From Candidatus Levybacteria bacterium RIFCSPHIGHO2_01_FULL_37_17 (GTDB lineage Bacteria; Patescibacteriota; Microgenomatia; Levybacterales; UBA12049): a stretch of 64,000 bases of DNA. The position numbers were made by a program, and so were the translations under genes. Of the stretch, positions 19,172-29,110 are shown piece after piece (within the stretch, counting starts at the first letter, position 1; every line of letters begins with the position of its first letter). The notes under the pieces are model-generated. The model was not told the DNA's origin and did no database searches. It was given only the letters and a program-made list of their open reading frames with translations. The stretch is taken from the NCBI GenBank assembly GCA_001782035.1, contig MFNL01000001.1, positions 2,643 through 66,642 of the forward strand, written 5' to 3'.

Positions 19172-20017
19172 TTACTTTTGATGAACTGGGCAAAAGTAGG
19201 TGCCGCGTCCGGCTAAGAAAGTTTTTTCTATAATTCCTTCATCGTTTTTAGAACATTTTTCACCTTGTCTACCATACGCCAAACTGTGGTGTTGATATTC
19301 TCCTTCTTGCCCTAATACATTTACAAAGTTTAATTCCGATGCTCCGCCATATTTCATACTTTTTTCCATTACTTTTAGTATTGAATCGTAGAGAGATTTA
19401 ATTTCGGAAGAAGTGAGGTCTTTTGCCCGCCTTTTAGGACTAATTCCTGCGAAAAAAAGAGCGTCATTTGCATAAATATTTCCTATCCCGCCTATTCTAG
19501 TTTGATCCATTAAGAGTGGCTTTATTACAGTTTGTTTGCCTGAAATTATCTTATTAAACAGTTCAAAAGTTAAATCTTTAAAAGGCTCCGGCCCCATGTT
19601 TTTAAAGAATGGCATTTTTGAAAGATCCTCAGTTTTTACTGCCCTTATCCAGCCAAAACGTCTTTTGTCATTGTAATAAAGATACGCACCCTTATCTAAT
19701 TTGAAAATTACGTGGGTAAATTGGTTAGGAATTTTATCCCCCACTTTTTGTGAGAGCATTATTTTTGAAGTTTTATCGTCTCTGTATATTAACTGTCCTG
19801 TTAATTTAATATGAATTGCGAGTGAATGTTTATTTGATAAATCAATAACCAAACCTTTTCCAAATCGGCGAGCATCAATTACTTTTGCTCCAACTACATC
19901 TTCTACTCTTCCTTCAAAAAGCTTTGCAACTTTAATTTCAACATCCAATATCTTGTGCCCGACAAGATATTTCTGGAGTCCTAATTTTACTGTTTCAACT
20001 TCTGGAAGCTCCGGCAT
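19172..20017 (-). CDS. mutM: formamidopyrimidine-DNA glycosylase
   Basis: MPELPEVETV N-terminus with catalytic Pro2/Glu3; C-terminal CPVH zinc finger. Confidence 0.85.
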   Translation of the reverse strand: MPELPEVETVKLGLQKYLVGHKILDVEIKVAKLFEGRVEDVVGAKVIDARRFGKGLVIDLSNKHSLAIHIKLTGQLIYRDDKTSKIMLSQKVGDKIPNQFTHVIFKLDKGAYLYYNDKRRFGWIRAVKTEDLSKMPFFKNMGPEPFKDLTFELFNKIISGKQTVIKPLLMDQTRIGGIGNIYANDALFFAGISPKRRAKDLTSSEIKSLYDSILKVMEKSMKYGGASELNFVNVLGQEGEYQHHSLAYGRQGEKCSKNDEGIIEKTFLAGRGTYFCPVHQK

Positions 20018-20155
20018 GGGGGAATTATATCACTAACTTTGGGGTTTTTGCGCTAGACGATCTCTTGACGCTATTTGATTTCTAATAGCCCTTGCTTCAC
20101 TTTCTGCTTGTAGCACAACTTCAATTCCGTTTTCACTAAATGCTCTTACCATTGA

Positions 20156-20434
20156 TTATTTTGCCTCGTCAAAATGTTCTTTAGCTTGCGTATAGCCATA
20201 TCCACTATTCTCACTTGAAGGCATAGCGCTAATCATTTTATCGTGAGTTGTATTGTATCTCGCAATCATTGCTCCGAACTCTTCCGAACTCCCTTTCGCA
20301 AAAATTTCTTCTGCAACTGCCCAAGCCCTTATCATTCTGACTGCATTTAGCCTTTTTTCATTCAACTGCTCTTGAAGTTCGTCAAAAGGGGGTCTTTCTA
20401 TACGCGGTGCTTGTCTTTCATGTGCATCTACCAT
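20156..20434 (-). CDS. hypothetical protein
   Basis: 92-aa acidic ORF, no recognised family. Confidence 0.3.
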   Translation of the reverse strand: MVDAHERQAPRIERPPFDELQEQLNEKRLNAVRMIRAWAVAEEIFAKGSSEEFGAMIARYNTTHDKMISAMPSSENSGYGYTQAKEHFDEAK

Positions 20435-20449
20435 GTGTAGTTTATACTG

Positions 20450-21562
20450 CTATCTCAAGCTTTTGTCAACAAATCTTTTTATTTCTTTTTTGAATCTTTC
20501 TTTAGAGAATTTTTGGGCGTGTTTTACAATTTCATCTGTATTGAACTTAATTTTATCAAACTTTTTGATTGCATCCGATAGGCTATTTACAGTAAGCTCG
20601 TCAAAAAATATTCCAGTTTTTCCATCAAGTACAGTTTCTTTTACCCCTCCCGAGTTATAAGCAATAACAGGAGCGCCTTTTGCCATTGCTTCAATAGGCA
20701 TTATCCCAAAATCCTCGTCTTGGCTTGAAAATATAAATGCTTTAGCGCCAGTGAATAATTCTTGTTTCTTTTTATCATCAACTTCTCCTAAAAATTCTAC
20801 ATTTGAACCTGCTAGTCCGCGGAGCTCGCTTCCGTAACCAGAGAATTCTCTTCCAAATATTTTGAGGGGTAGATTTAATTTTGTACAAACTTCTATTGCC
20901 AAATCTACGTGCTTTGGCCTCGCAAGCCTTCCTCCGGCAAGAAAATAAGTTCTTTTCATTGAAGAATTAGATGAGGCAACGTCAACTGGCGGATAAATTA
21001 CAGTCGAATCTCTTCTGTAAAATTTTTGGATTCTAGACTTTACCTCTTTAGAATTTGCAATAAATAAATGGGGCTTTTGTGCCGCTTTAAAATCGTAAAG
21101 TCGCAAAAGATGCATCGGGATTATTCCTAAAACTAAAAGGATTTTTCTCCACCAGACGCTTTTCCACGGGGCTGCAGTTGAGTATCCATATAAATATCTC
21201 GGCGGTGTGTGACAAAAGCAAATAAGCTTTGTTTTGGGACCAATTTTTACAAAATTTGGGCTAGTGTAGGTGCCCGTTGCAGACGTTATAACAAGCTTGT
21301 AACCAGATAAATCAATTCTTCCAAAAACCATTGGCGCAATAAGGCGAAAATAAGAAAGTAGCTTGTTTTTAAAAGGAACATATTGGAACCAAGTCGTATG
21401 AATTTTTAAATTTTTGAATCTTTCTTTGTGCGGGCCAAGGAAAGAGGGAGAGTAAAAAGCCGTATAAATATGCGCGTCCGGATAAATTTCGCAGAGTGCC
21501 TCCAACACTCTTTCGGCCCCTCCGAATTCCTTAATATAATCATGAACTATTGCGACTTTCAT
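20450..21562 (-). CDS. glycosyltransferase family 4 (GT-B, retaining)
   Basis: EDFGIMPIEAMAKGAPVIAYNSGGVKETV matches the GT4 C-terminal E-x7-E region. Confidence 0.8.
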   Translation of the reverse strand: MKVAIVHDYIKEFGGAERVLEALCEIYPDAHIYTAFYSPSFLGPHKERFKNLKIHTTWFQYVPFKNKLLSYFRLIAPMVFGRIDLSGYKLVITSATGTYTSPNFVKIGPKTKLICFCHTPPRYLYGYSTAAPWKSVWWRKILLVLGIIPMHLLRLYDFKAAQKPHLFIANSKEVKSRIQKFYRRDSTVIYPPVDVASSNSSMKRTYFLAGGRLARPKHVDLAIEVCTKLNLPLKIFGREFSGYGSELRGLAGSNVEFLGEVDDKKKQELFTGAKAFIFSSQDEDFGIMPIEAMAKGAPVIAYNSGGVKETVLDGKTGIFFDELTVNSLSDAIKKFDKIKFNTDEIVKHAQKFSKERFKKEIKRFVDKSLR

Positions 21563-22494
21563 AAAAGTTCCAATTGATTTTCTTCTTTTGCCTTTTGCGG
21601 CTGAGGAACTACTTCGTTTATTTCTGTTATTTCATCTACTTTTTCTAAATTAAATCTTTCGATTAGACTATTAAACTTTAGCATTTTAAAACTTGCATAC
21701 AAACTTTTTTCATCGATATCTTTTACTTTTGCTTCTTTGTTGTTAAATTTAATTGGGGCATTAACATCAATAGCTGCAAGTTTTTTAGCCAACGCTGCCT
21801 GCTCGGCATCGTTTGCCAGTTTTTCCGAAACTTTTGGGGCAACTTCACCTAAGTTTTGATAAAGGTTCTCGATTGTTTCGAATTGTTTAATAAGTTGAGA
21901 GGCTCCTTTTGGCCCAATCCCTGTGACACCAGGATAATTATCAGAGGGGTCCCCGACTAAAGCTTTGTAATCCGGGATTTGTTTCGGCTCTAAGCCGTAT
22001 TTATCTTTTACAGCTCCTTCGTCAAAAAATATAAATTTAGTAACACCAATAATTGGCGCCATTACTTTCACGTGCCCGTTTACCAGCTGCAAAAGGTCGC
22101 GGTCTCCCGACAAAATTACAACATCCTCCTTTGCCTGTTTAGAAATAGTTCCGATTAAATCATCTGCTTCAAACCCATCTACTTCGAATATTTTGAATTT
22201 TGCCACTTCTAAAACTTCGTGTATTAGACCAAATTGTGAGCTTAGTTCGTCAACCATTTTTGGCCTTTGCGCCTGATATCCAACATATAATTGCTGTCTA
22301 AAAGTCGGCGCAGCTCTGTCAAAACAGACCACAATATACTGCGGTTTTAAATCATTTATGACCTTTAAAATCATGGCGAAAAATCCGTAGACTGCATTTG
22401 TCGGTTTACCTTTATGTGAGTGCAAGGGAGGCAATGCATGAAAAGCGCGGTGAACTATAGCATTTCCATCAATTAACAAAAGCTTCTGGCTCAT
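21559..22494 (-). CDS. stand-alone 5'-3' exonuclease (Pol I N-terminal/FEN-like)
   Basis: MSQKLLLIDGNAIVHRAFHALP start, conserved acidic residues, helix-hairpin-helix region; no polymerase domain follows. Confidence 0.8.
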   Translation of the reverse strand: MSQKLLLIDGNAIVHRAFHALPPLHSHKGKPTNAVYGFFAMILKVINDLKPQYIVVCFDRAAPTFRQQLYVGYQAQRPKMVDELSSQFGLIHEVLEVAKFKIFEVDGFEADDLIGTISKQAKEDVVILSGDRDLLQLVNGHVKVMAPIIGVTKFIFFDEGAVKDKYGLEPKQIPDYKALVGDPSDNYPGVTGIGPKGASQLIKQFETIENLYQNLGEVAPKVSEKLANDAEQAALAKKLAAIDVNAPIKFNNKEAKVKDIDEKSLYASFKMLKFNSLIERFNLEKVDEITEINEVVPQPQKAKEENQLELL

Positions 22495-22539
22495 GGAGCT
22501 GATTATATCAGTTTATCCTGAATTTATTGAAGGGCAATA

Positions 22540-23130
22540 CTATTTTTCAGAAAGCTTGAGGTAAACGTAGGCTTGAGCAAGGGATGTAAGTGGCACTGTT
22601 ACTAAAAGTCCAACAACTAGAAGAAAAAATCCAAAAACATTTAAAAGAAGCGATACTATTCCAAGACCAAGTAGCGAATAAAAGTTATTTTTTGTTAACT
22701 TCCAGCTTGCTTTAACAGCCTCAATTGGTCCTATTCCCTTCTCTATAATTAAGAAGCTAACAAATTGAAGTCTTACCGCAAAAACAATTCCAGGAACAAT
22801 CAATGCTAGAAAGCCCAAAAATATTACTATAGCTGAAAGAAAATTTGCTGCAAGGAGCTTAAGGACTATCATGTAATCCTTGAGTCTGTCAGAAATTTTG
22901 GTTTTTCTTTTTTTTAAGATATTTATCATAAATGTCACCATTGCAATCTGTACCAAAGCACCGAAAATCCAGGACTCAATATTTGAGAGGATTGTATCGA
23001 GCTGGGAAAATATTGCGACATTTATTATAGAAATAACCCCAACTGCCACAAAAAATAAGATTATTTTTTTGAGGTTTTTTGTTAAAGTTTTCCAAGAGGC
23101 AGAAATAATTTGGTCTATATAGAGGTCCAT
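22540..23130 (-). CDS. hypothetical multi-pass membrane protein
   Basis: 196 aa, 5-6 hydrophobic helices. Confidence 0.4.
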   Translation of the reverse strand: MDLYIDQIISASWKTLTKNLKKIILFFVAVGVISIINVAIFSQLDTILSNIESWIFGALVQIAMVTFMINILKKRKTKISDRLKDYMIVLKLLAANFLSAIVIFLGFLALIVPGIVFAVRLQFVSFLIIEKGIGPIEAVKASWKLTKNNFYSLLGLGIVSLLLNVFGFFLLVVGLLVTVPLTSLAQAYVYLKLSEK

Positions 23131-23174
23131 AAGTTTATTATTTGTTCAATGGTTGTTTCTGTCAAGAAGCAAAA

Positions 23175-25034
23175 TTATATAAATACCTTGGCATAAGCAG
23201 CTTTTTTGGGGCCGATAAGTTTTTCAAATTCTTCTGATTCAATTGTCTCTTTTTTAAGCAGTTCCTCAGCTAGCACATCTAGCTTTCTTCTTAGCTTCTT
23301 AAGAACGTTTGAAGCTTTAATGTATGCCTCGTCAGTTATCTTTTTCACCTGCTTATCAATTTTTGCCGACATATCAGGAGAAATATTTGCACTTTCATAA
23401 GGCATTCGCCTATTCTCCCCATCCAGATTAATCGGGCCTAGTTCGCTCATTCCATATTGCACTACCATTGTTCGTGCAACTTCTGTAGCTTTTGCAATAT
23501 CATCAGATGCCCCGGTAGTTAATTCTTTAAACACTAGATTTTCTGCTGCTCTTCCTCCAAGCATTACGGCTATTTCTTCCATTAAATGCGTTTTTGTCTC
23601 ATGAACCCTGTCTATTGGTTCCATCATCGTGTGTCCCAAGCTCATTCCTCTGCTTACGATTGAAATCCTGTGAATTGGGTCCATGTTAGGCATAAACCAA
23701 GAAACAAGTGCGTGTCCTGCTTCATGATAGGCTGTCATTTTTCTGTCCTGGTCTGACTGAAGTCTTTTTTTCTCAGGCCCAAGTTTTACTTTTGTTGCCG
23801 CTTCTTCCAAGTCCTTCATATCTATATTTTTCTTGCCAAGCCTTGCCGCCAAAATTGCAGACTCGTTTAGCATGTTTTCCAAATCAGCTCCAGAAAATCC
23901 CACTGTTCTTTTTGCAACCCGTATCCAATCAACGCCTTTTTCAAAAGGCTTACCTCGTGCGTGGATTTTAAGAATAGCCTCTCTTCCGATAACATCCGGC
24001 AGCTCAAGCATTACGGTCCTATCAAACCTTCCCGGCCTAACTAAAGCAGGATCTAAAACATCAGGCCTGTTTGTTGCGGCCATAACAACCAGCTGCTCAT
24101 TTGGAGTGAATCCGTCCATTTCAACAAGAATTTGATTTAAGGTCTGCTCTCTTTCATCGTGTCCACCCATAAAACCCGCACCACGTTGCCTTCCAATTGC
24201 ATCAATTTCGTCAATAAATATAATTGCCGGTTGGGCTTTTTTAGCATTATTAAATAAGTCTCGAACACGGGAAGCACCAACGCCAACTAGCATTTCCATA
24301 AACTCGGATCCTGCCATAGAAAAAAATGCAACTCCAGCCTCGCCTGCAGTTGCTCTTGCAAGAAGCGTTTTGCCCGTTCCTGCAGGTCCAATCATGAGTA
24401 CCCCTTTTGGAGTTCTTGCTCCCATTGCCTTATACTTGCCCGGGTTTTTAAGAAAGTCTACAACCTCTGTTAACTCCTGCTTTGCTTCATCTACCCCTGC
24501 GACATCTCTAAAGCTAACTTTTGGTGTATCTTTGCTATACAGCTTTGCAGATGATTTCCCAAAAGAAAAGATTGACTCCTGCGCACCTCTTGCCTGTCTG
24601 AAGATAAACCAGAAAAACGCAACCATTAATACAATTGGTAAAATCCCAGTTAAAATATTTATCCAGTTATTTAGACTTGTTTCATCTTTTACCACAACTT
24701 TTGTTTTTCCTAAAGAAACGTTTGCATCTTTAAAAAGTTGATAAACGCTTGCATTAGTCTCTTTAAAGCTCTCAAGTATTTGGTCTTTTTGTTTTGCGAT
24801 TATTTTGTTTGGGTAAACTTCAATGGAGTTTACTTTTCCGCTCTTTACATCTGAAATTATGGTTGAAAGCGGAACGGTTTTGCTTTGTTCGGAAGTTCCG
24901 GTTCCACTAGGCTGAGTTATGCCAAAGAAAAGAAATGCGGTAAAGAGAATCAAGAATGCGTAGATTAAAATATTTTTCCACGACCATTTTATTTTTATAT
25001 TCTTAAGTCTTTTGGGCCTTTTTAAGGTTGGCAT
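23175..25034 (-). CDS. ftsH: ATP-dependent zinc metalloprotease FtsH
   Basis: N-terminal TM pair, [13 protein letters not shown] Walker A, second region of homology, HEAGHA zinc motif. Confidence 0.9.
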   Translation of the reverse strand: MPTLKRPKRLKNIKIKWSWKNILIYAFLILFTAFLFFGITQPSGTGTSEQSKTVPLSTIISDVKSGKVNSIEVYPNKIIAKQKDQILESFKETNASVYQLFKDANVSLGKTKVVVKDETSLNNWINILTGILPIVLMVAFFWFIFRQARGAQESIFSFGKSSAKLYSKDTPKVSFRDVAGVDEAKQELTEVVDFLKNPGKYKAMGARTPKGVLMIGPAGTGKTLLARATAGEAGVAFFSMAGSEFMEMLVGVGASRVRDLFNNAKKAQPAIIFIDEIDAIGRQRGAGFMGGHDEREQTLNQILVEMDGFTPNEQLVVMAATNRPDVLDPALVRPGRFDRTVMLELPDVIGREAILKIHARGKPFEKGVDWIRVAKRTVGFSGADLENMLNESAILAARLGKKNIDMKDLEEAATKVKLGPEKKRLQSDQDRKMTAYHEAGHALVSWFMPNMDPIHRISIVSRGMSLGHTMMEPIDRVHETKTHLMEEIAVMLGGRAAENLVFKELTTGASDDIAKATEVARTMVVQYGMSELGPINLDGENRRMPYESANISPDMSAKIDKQVKKITDEAYIKASNVLKKLRRKLDVLAEELLKKETIESEEFEKLIGPKKAAYAKVFI

Positions 25035-25077
25035 AAGTAGGCCAAATTATAGCATGCTCAAGCTTGTGGTTCAATGG

Positions 25078-26061
25078 TCAGGAGAAGAGTGATTTTAATT
25101 CTGAAAGCGTTTCTGCTGCGATAATTCTAGTTTTCTGTGCTCCCTCTTTTAAAATTAAATCTAATTCACTATCTTTAAAATCCAATCTTCTCTTTCTAAT
25201 CGGCTCTAAGAATTCATTTAGTATTTTTGTTAAATATTTTTTAACTTCTACATCTCCTACTTCTCCTTTTTCATATTGTTGCTTGAATTTATTGATTTGT
25301 TTTCTGTGTGAGTCAGAACCAAAAGCATCTAGATAAATAAAAACAGGATTTCCCTCAACAGTTCCGGGATCGTTGGCATGAATTCTTTTTGGATCTGTGT
25401 ACATTCCCATAACTTTTTCCTCTACTTCTAGCGTAGAATCAGATAAATATATTGTGTTATTTAAGCTTTTCCCCATTTTGGGGTTTCCATCAGTTCCAGG
25501 CAGTTTTCCAACTCTTCCTATTAAGGCTTTTGGATCTGGAAAAATCTCTGAGTTTGAGATTTTATTAAAAGTACGTGCTATTTCTCTTGTCTGCTCTAAA
25601 TGAGCCTCCTGGTCCTTACCAACAGGAACGAGCTCTGCTTTAACGCACAAAATGTCTGCAGCTTGTAATATCGGGTAGTTTATAAAGCCTAGGGAGAATT
25701 GGTCACCAAGCCCTTTGGAGGATATCTCATCTTTAATTGTCGGGTTTCTTAAAGCTCTGTTATGAGACACATACATACTGAAAATCGAGGCTAATTCATA
25801 TATTTCGGCGATTTCTGACTCTTTGAAAAAAGTTATTTTTTTGGGATCAAGCCCCACAGATAAATTATCCAGAAGTACTTCTTTTGTATACTCTTTTATC
25901 TTTTCGGGGGTCTCGGAAAGAGTTGTTAAAGCGTGTGTGTCTGCCAGTATAATGAAAACCTCGTACTCACTTTGAAGTTTTACGCGGTTTTCTAAAGTTC
26001 CAACGAAATGGCCTAGGTGAAGTTTGCCCGTAGGCGTATCACCTGTTAATATCCGTTTCAT
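25078..26061 (-). CDS. trpS: tryptophan--tRNA ligase
   Basis: Class I HIGH-type motif (GKLHLGHFVG) and KMGKS (KMSKS); ~327 aa typical of TrpS. Confidence 0.85.
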   Translation of the reverse strand: MKRILTGDTPTGKLHLGHFVGTLENRVKLQSEYEVFIILADTHALTTLSETPEKIKEYTKEVLLDNLSVGLDPKKITFFKESEIAEIYELASIFSMYVSHNRALRNPTIKDEISSKGLGDQFSLGFINYPILQAADILCVKAELVPVGKDQEAHLEQTREIARTFNKISNSEIFPDPKALIGRVGKLPGTDGNPKMGKSLNNTIYLSDSTLEVEEKVMGMYTDPKRIHANDPGTVEGNPVFIYLDAFGSDSHRKQINKFKQQYEKGEVGDVEVKKYLTKILNEFLEPIRKRRLDFKDSELDLILKEGAQKTRIIAAETLSELKSLFS

Positions 26062-26075
26062 GGACTAATTATACA

Positions 26076-27260
26076 TTAAAGCCAGGATTTTTTGAGAGTG
26101 GAGAAAGAATTATCAAGAATTGACTCTCTTATTTTTTTTGTTAAATTGAGAAGAAAGTGGACGTTATGCAGGCTCAATAAATTGTAGGAAAGTAGTTCGC
26201 GAGAACGGAATAAATGATGGATATATGCTCTACTAAAATTTTGGCACGCATAACATTTGCAGTTTGAATCTAGTGGTTTTGAATCTTGCCGGTATTGAGG
26301 CTTATCGATATCTGTTCTAAATCTATTTTTGATGTTACCTAATGGTGGTGAAATAAAAAAGAAACCAGTTCTGCCTATTCTTGTAGGAATTACGCAGTCG
26401 AAAGTATCTATTCCACGCTCTATTATTTCAAAAATATCATCAATTTCTCCAATTCCTAGCTGATGTCTTGATTTATCCTCAGATACATTTGCAACTGTCC
26501 AATCAATTACTTCGTACAAATTCTCTTTGTTTAAATGCGCCCCTCCCAAAGCAATGGCATCAAAATTTTTATCAACAAACTTTGCTGACTCAATTCTCAA
26601 TTCCCTGAATTTTCCTCCATGTGTTACTCCAAAAAGAAGCTGGTTTTTGTTTTTATGAGCTTTTTTTGAGCGTATTTCCCAACGATTTGTTAGCTCTAAG
26701 CTCTCTTTTGTCTTCTCAAAATTGTATTTGGGAGATTCCAAATCATCAAAGCAAACTATTAAATCTGCTCCCAGTTTTTCCTGAATTTCAATTGAGACTT
26801 CTGGACTTAATTTATGAGTCGAACCATCTATATGGGACTGAAAAGTAACTCCTTCTTCCGTAATTTTATTTAGTCTTGGCTTTGCTTCCTGCTCGATTTC
26901 ATATTTAGATTCATCCCGCAAAAACTTAACTCCTCCGCCTTCTTTTCCAACTCCTAAGGAGAAAACCTGAAATCCTCCGGAATCTGTCATAGTCGGCCCG
27001 TTCCAGCTCATCCATTTGGAAAGTCCCCCGAGTTTTTTAATGAGATCCTCACCGGGTCTAAGATGTAAATGGTAAGTATTTGCCAAAACTATTTGTGCAC
27101 CAGCTTCCATAAGCTCTCTTGGTGAAATCGCTTTTACGCTTCCTTGTGTCCCAACAGGAATAAAAGCAGGCGTCTCAATATCTCCATGAGGAGTTTTAAT
27201 TACCCCAGCGCGTGCTTTTGTCTTTTTATCTTTTTTAAGTATTCGGAATTTAGGCTTCAT
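26076..27260 (-). CDS. tgt: queuine tRNA-ribosyltransferase
   Basis: TPHGDIETPAFIPVGTQGSVK N-terminal TGT motif and CKCYACQNFSRAYIHHL zinc site (CxCxxC...H). Confidence 0.9.
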   Translation of the reverse strand: MKPKFRILKKDKKTKARAGVIKTPHGDIETPAFIPVGTQGSVKAISPRELMEAGAQIVLANTYHLHLRPGEDLIKKLGGLSKWMSWNGPTMTDSGGFQVFSLGVGKEGGGVKFLRDESKYEIEQEAKPRLNKITEEGVTFQSHIDGSTHKLSPEVSIEIQEKLGADLIVCFDDLESPKYNFEKTKESLELTNRWEIRSKKAHKNKNQLLFGVTHGGKFRELRIESAKFVDKNFDAIALGGAHLNKENLYEVIDWTVANVSEDKSRHQLGIGEIDDIFEIIERGIDTFDCVIPTRIGRTGFFFISPPLGNIKNRFRTDIDKPQYRQDSKPLDSNCKCYACQNFSRAYIHHLFRSRELLSYNLLSLHNVHFLLNLTKKIRESILDNSFSTLKKSWL

Positions 27261-27297
27261 AATTGACTAATTATACAATAGTGTTATAATCCCCTCC

Positions 27298-27795
27298 ATG
27301 GCAGCTGAGTTTCTTGTAGATTTAGAAGCGAGAATAAAAAGAACGGAAGCAAATGATCCAGATAGAAGTCTTTTTCGTGGTGTCCGCCAAATTACCAAAG
27401 CCTATCTTCGCGCAAGTCAAGAAAAACCTGCAAAAAAAGAAATGCCTTTGGAAGAAAGAAGAGAAGTTCTCGTCCAACGCCTCCATAATATGTTTAGAAA
27501 TGTGCCTGACGATACTCCCATCGGCATTGTAGTTCCCAAATTCAAAATTTCTGCTTCAGACAAGGAAAAGCTAGATTCTATGCAACATTATCCCGAATGG
27601 CATGCTATCGTCATCGATACAGATCCAAGAGATAGACAACTATTGTGGAGCATTTCCCGGTTGTATACTGTAGGTTTCTATCAAACTTTTGGTGAATTAA
27701 GAAGAGCACCTGAAGAGTCTTATTTATCTGTTCGTGTAATTGGCGAAAAAACAGCTCATTTTATAAAAAGAGTTTTCCCTACGCCTACAGATTAA
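27298..27795 (+). CDS. hypothetical protein
   Basis: 165-aa ORF on the opposite strand between tgt and murD; no family recognised. Confidence 0.35.
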   Translation: MAAEFLVDLEARIKRTEANDPDRSLFRGVRQITKAYLRASQEKPAKKEMPLEERREVLVQRLHNMFRNVPDDTPIGIVVPKFKISASDKEKLDSMQHYPEWHAIVIDTDPRDRQLLWSISRLYTVGFYQTFGELRRAPEESYLSVRVIGEKTAHFIKRVFPTPTD

Positions 27796-29110
27796 GTTTT
27801 CCTACTTCTTTTTTAAACTGCTCGCCGCGGTCTTTGTAGTTTTTAAACATGTCAAAAGAAGCACATGCCGGCGTTAGAAGAACTACATCACCAGAAAGAG
27901 CAATTTTAGATGCAGCCAAAACAATTTTCTCCATACTGTCTGCGCCTTCAATCAAAAGTATTTTGGAATTAGGCGACATTTCCGCTTTTATTCTTTCCCA
28001 TTCTTTTCCTATTCCAATTATTGCTTTTATATTCTTTTTTGAGCTCAAAACCTGGCCTAGTTCTTCGAAATTGCTGTTTTTAGAAGAGCCTCCAAGTATT
28101 AAAATTTCCGGATTTTCGAAAGACTCAATTGCCGCGATCGCAGCTTCAGGCACGACGGAAAACGAATCATTATAATATTCCACTCCGTTTACTTTACCAA
28201 CTAGCTCTAATCTGTGCTCGAGTCCTTTAAATGTTTTTAAAACTTCTTTTATATCCTCTACTTTTACTCCTTCCAAAAATGCGGCGAGCGCGGCAGAGCA
28301 CGCGTTTTCGAAATTGTGCTCACCTCGCAAGCCCAACTCACTTGTCTTAACTACCTCAATGTTCTCTCCGTTAGCTCGAATAACTATTTTTCCGTCTCTT
28401 GCAAAACACCCTTCCTCGACTTCGCGCTCTCTTGAGACAAAATAAACTTTTCCCTCAGTAAGAATGTCCGATTCGATACTGGGAGGATAGTCCCTATTAA
28501 GAATCGCAAAATCAGACTTAGTTTGAAAACGCAGAATATTTCTTTTGGCAGAGATATACTCCTCTACCGAGTCGTGATAATTTCTGTTGTTGGATCCGTC
28601 AAGATGGTCAGATGTAACCATTAACATTACTCCAATATGAGGGCTTTTGTGGAGATCCTGTAATTGGAAACTGGACAGTTCTAATACTACAACTGCCGAG
28701 GAATTTAATTGTTCAATAAATTCAAGAGGGGCCTTGCCTATGTTGCCGCCTAAATATACATCTTTTCCACTTTTTTTCAACATTTCATAAATTAATGTTG
28801 AAGTTGTTCCTTTTCCTTTGGTTCCGGTTACACCAATAATAGGACATGGACACATGTCAAAAAAGAGTTTTGTCTGAGAAGTAATTTTAGAAGTTATTTG
28901 TTCTGAATTATGAGTTATAAGTTTGCTAATTTTAATGCCGGGGGAACGGACTATTAAATCATATTTATCCAAACCGTCCAAGTAACTTTCCCCTTGAGAG
29001 ATGTCTAGAATTGTGACGTCTGCGCCTTTTCCTTTAAGAAATTTAGCGCTCGATTCTCCCTCAACAGCCTTACCAATTATAGCTATTTTTTTTTTGTTAA
29101 AGTCTTTCAT
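27785..29110 (-). CDS. murD: Mur ligase, MurD-like (UDP-MurNAc-L-Ala--glutamate ligase)
   Basis: GVTGTKGKGTT P-loop, N-terminal Rossmann-like domain of MurD, 441 aa. Not embedded in a dcw cluster in this window. Confidence 0.75.
   Translation of the reverse strand: MKDFNKKKIAIIGKAVEGESSAKFLKGKGADVTILDISQGESYLDGLDKYDLIVRSPGIKISKLITHNSEQITSKITSQTKLFFDMCPCPIIGVTGTKGKGTTSTLIYEMLKKSGKDVYLGGNIGKAPLEFIEQLNSSAVVVLELSSFQLQDLHKSPHIGVMLMVTSDHLDGSNNRNYHDSVEEYISAKRNILRFQTKSDFAILNRDYPPSIESDILTEGKVYFVSREREVEEGCFARDGKIVIRANGENIEVVKTSELGLRGEHNFENACSAALAAFLEGVKVEDIKEVLKTFKGLEHRLELVGKVNGVEYYNDSFSVVPEAAIAAIESFENPEILILGGSSKNSNFEELGQVLSSKKNIKAIIGIGKEWERIKAEMSPNSKILLIEGADSMEKIVLAASKIALSGDVVLLTPACASFDMFKNYKDRGEQFKKEVGKLNL

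Noticed and set aside
23206-24741. Several 64-123-aa plus-strand ORFs antisense within ftsH (and similar antisense ORFs inside nrdJ, ligase, PBP genes)
   Set aside because: They are embedded opposite highly confident long genes and have low-complexity Ser/Leu/Pro-rich translations typical of antisense frames.
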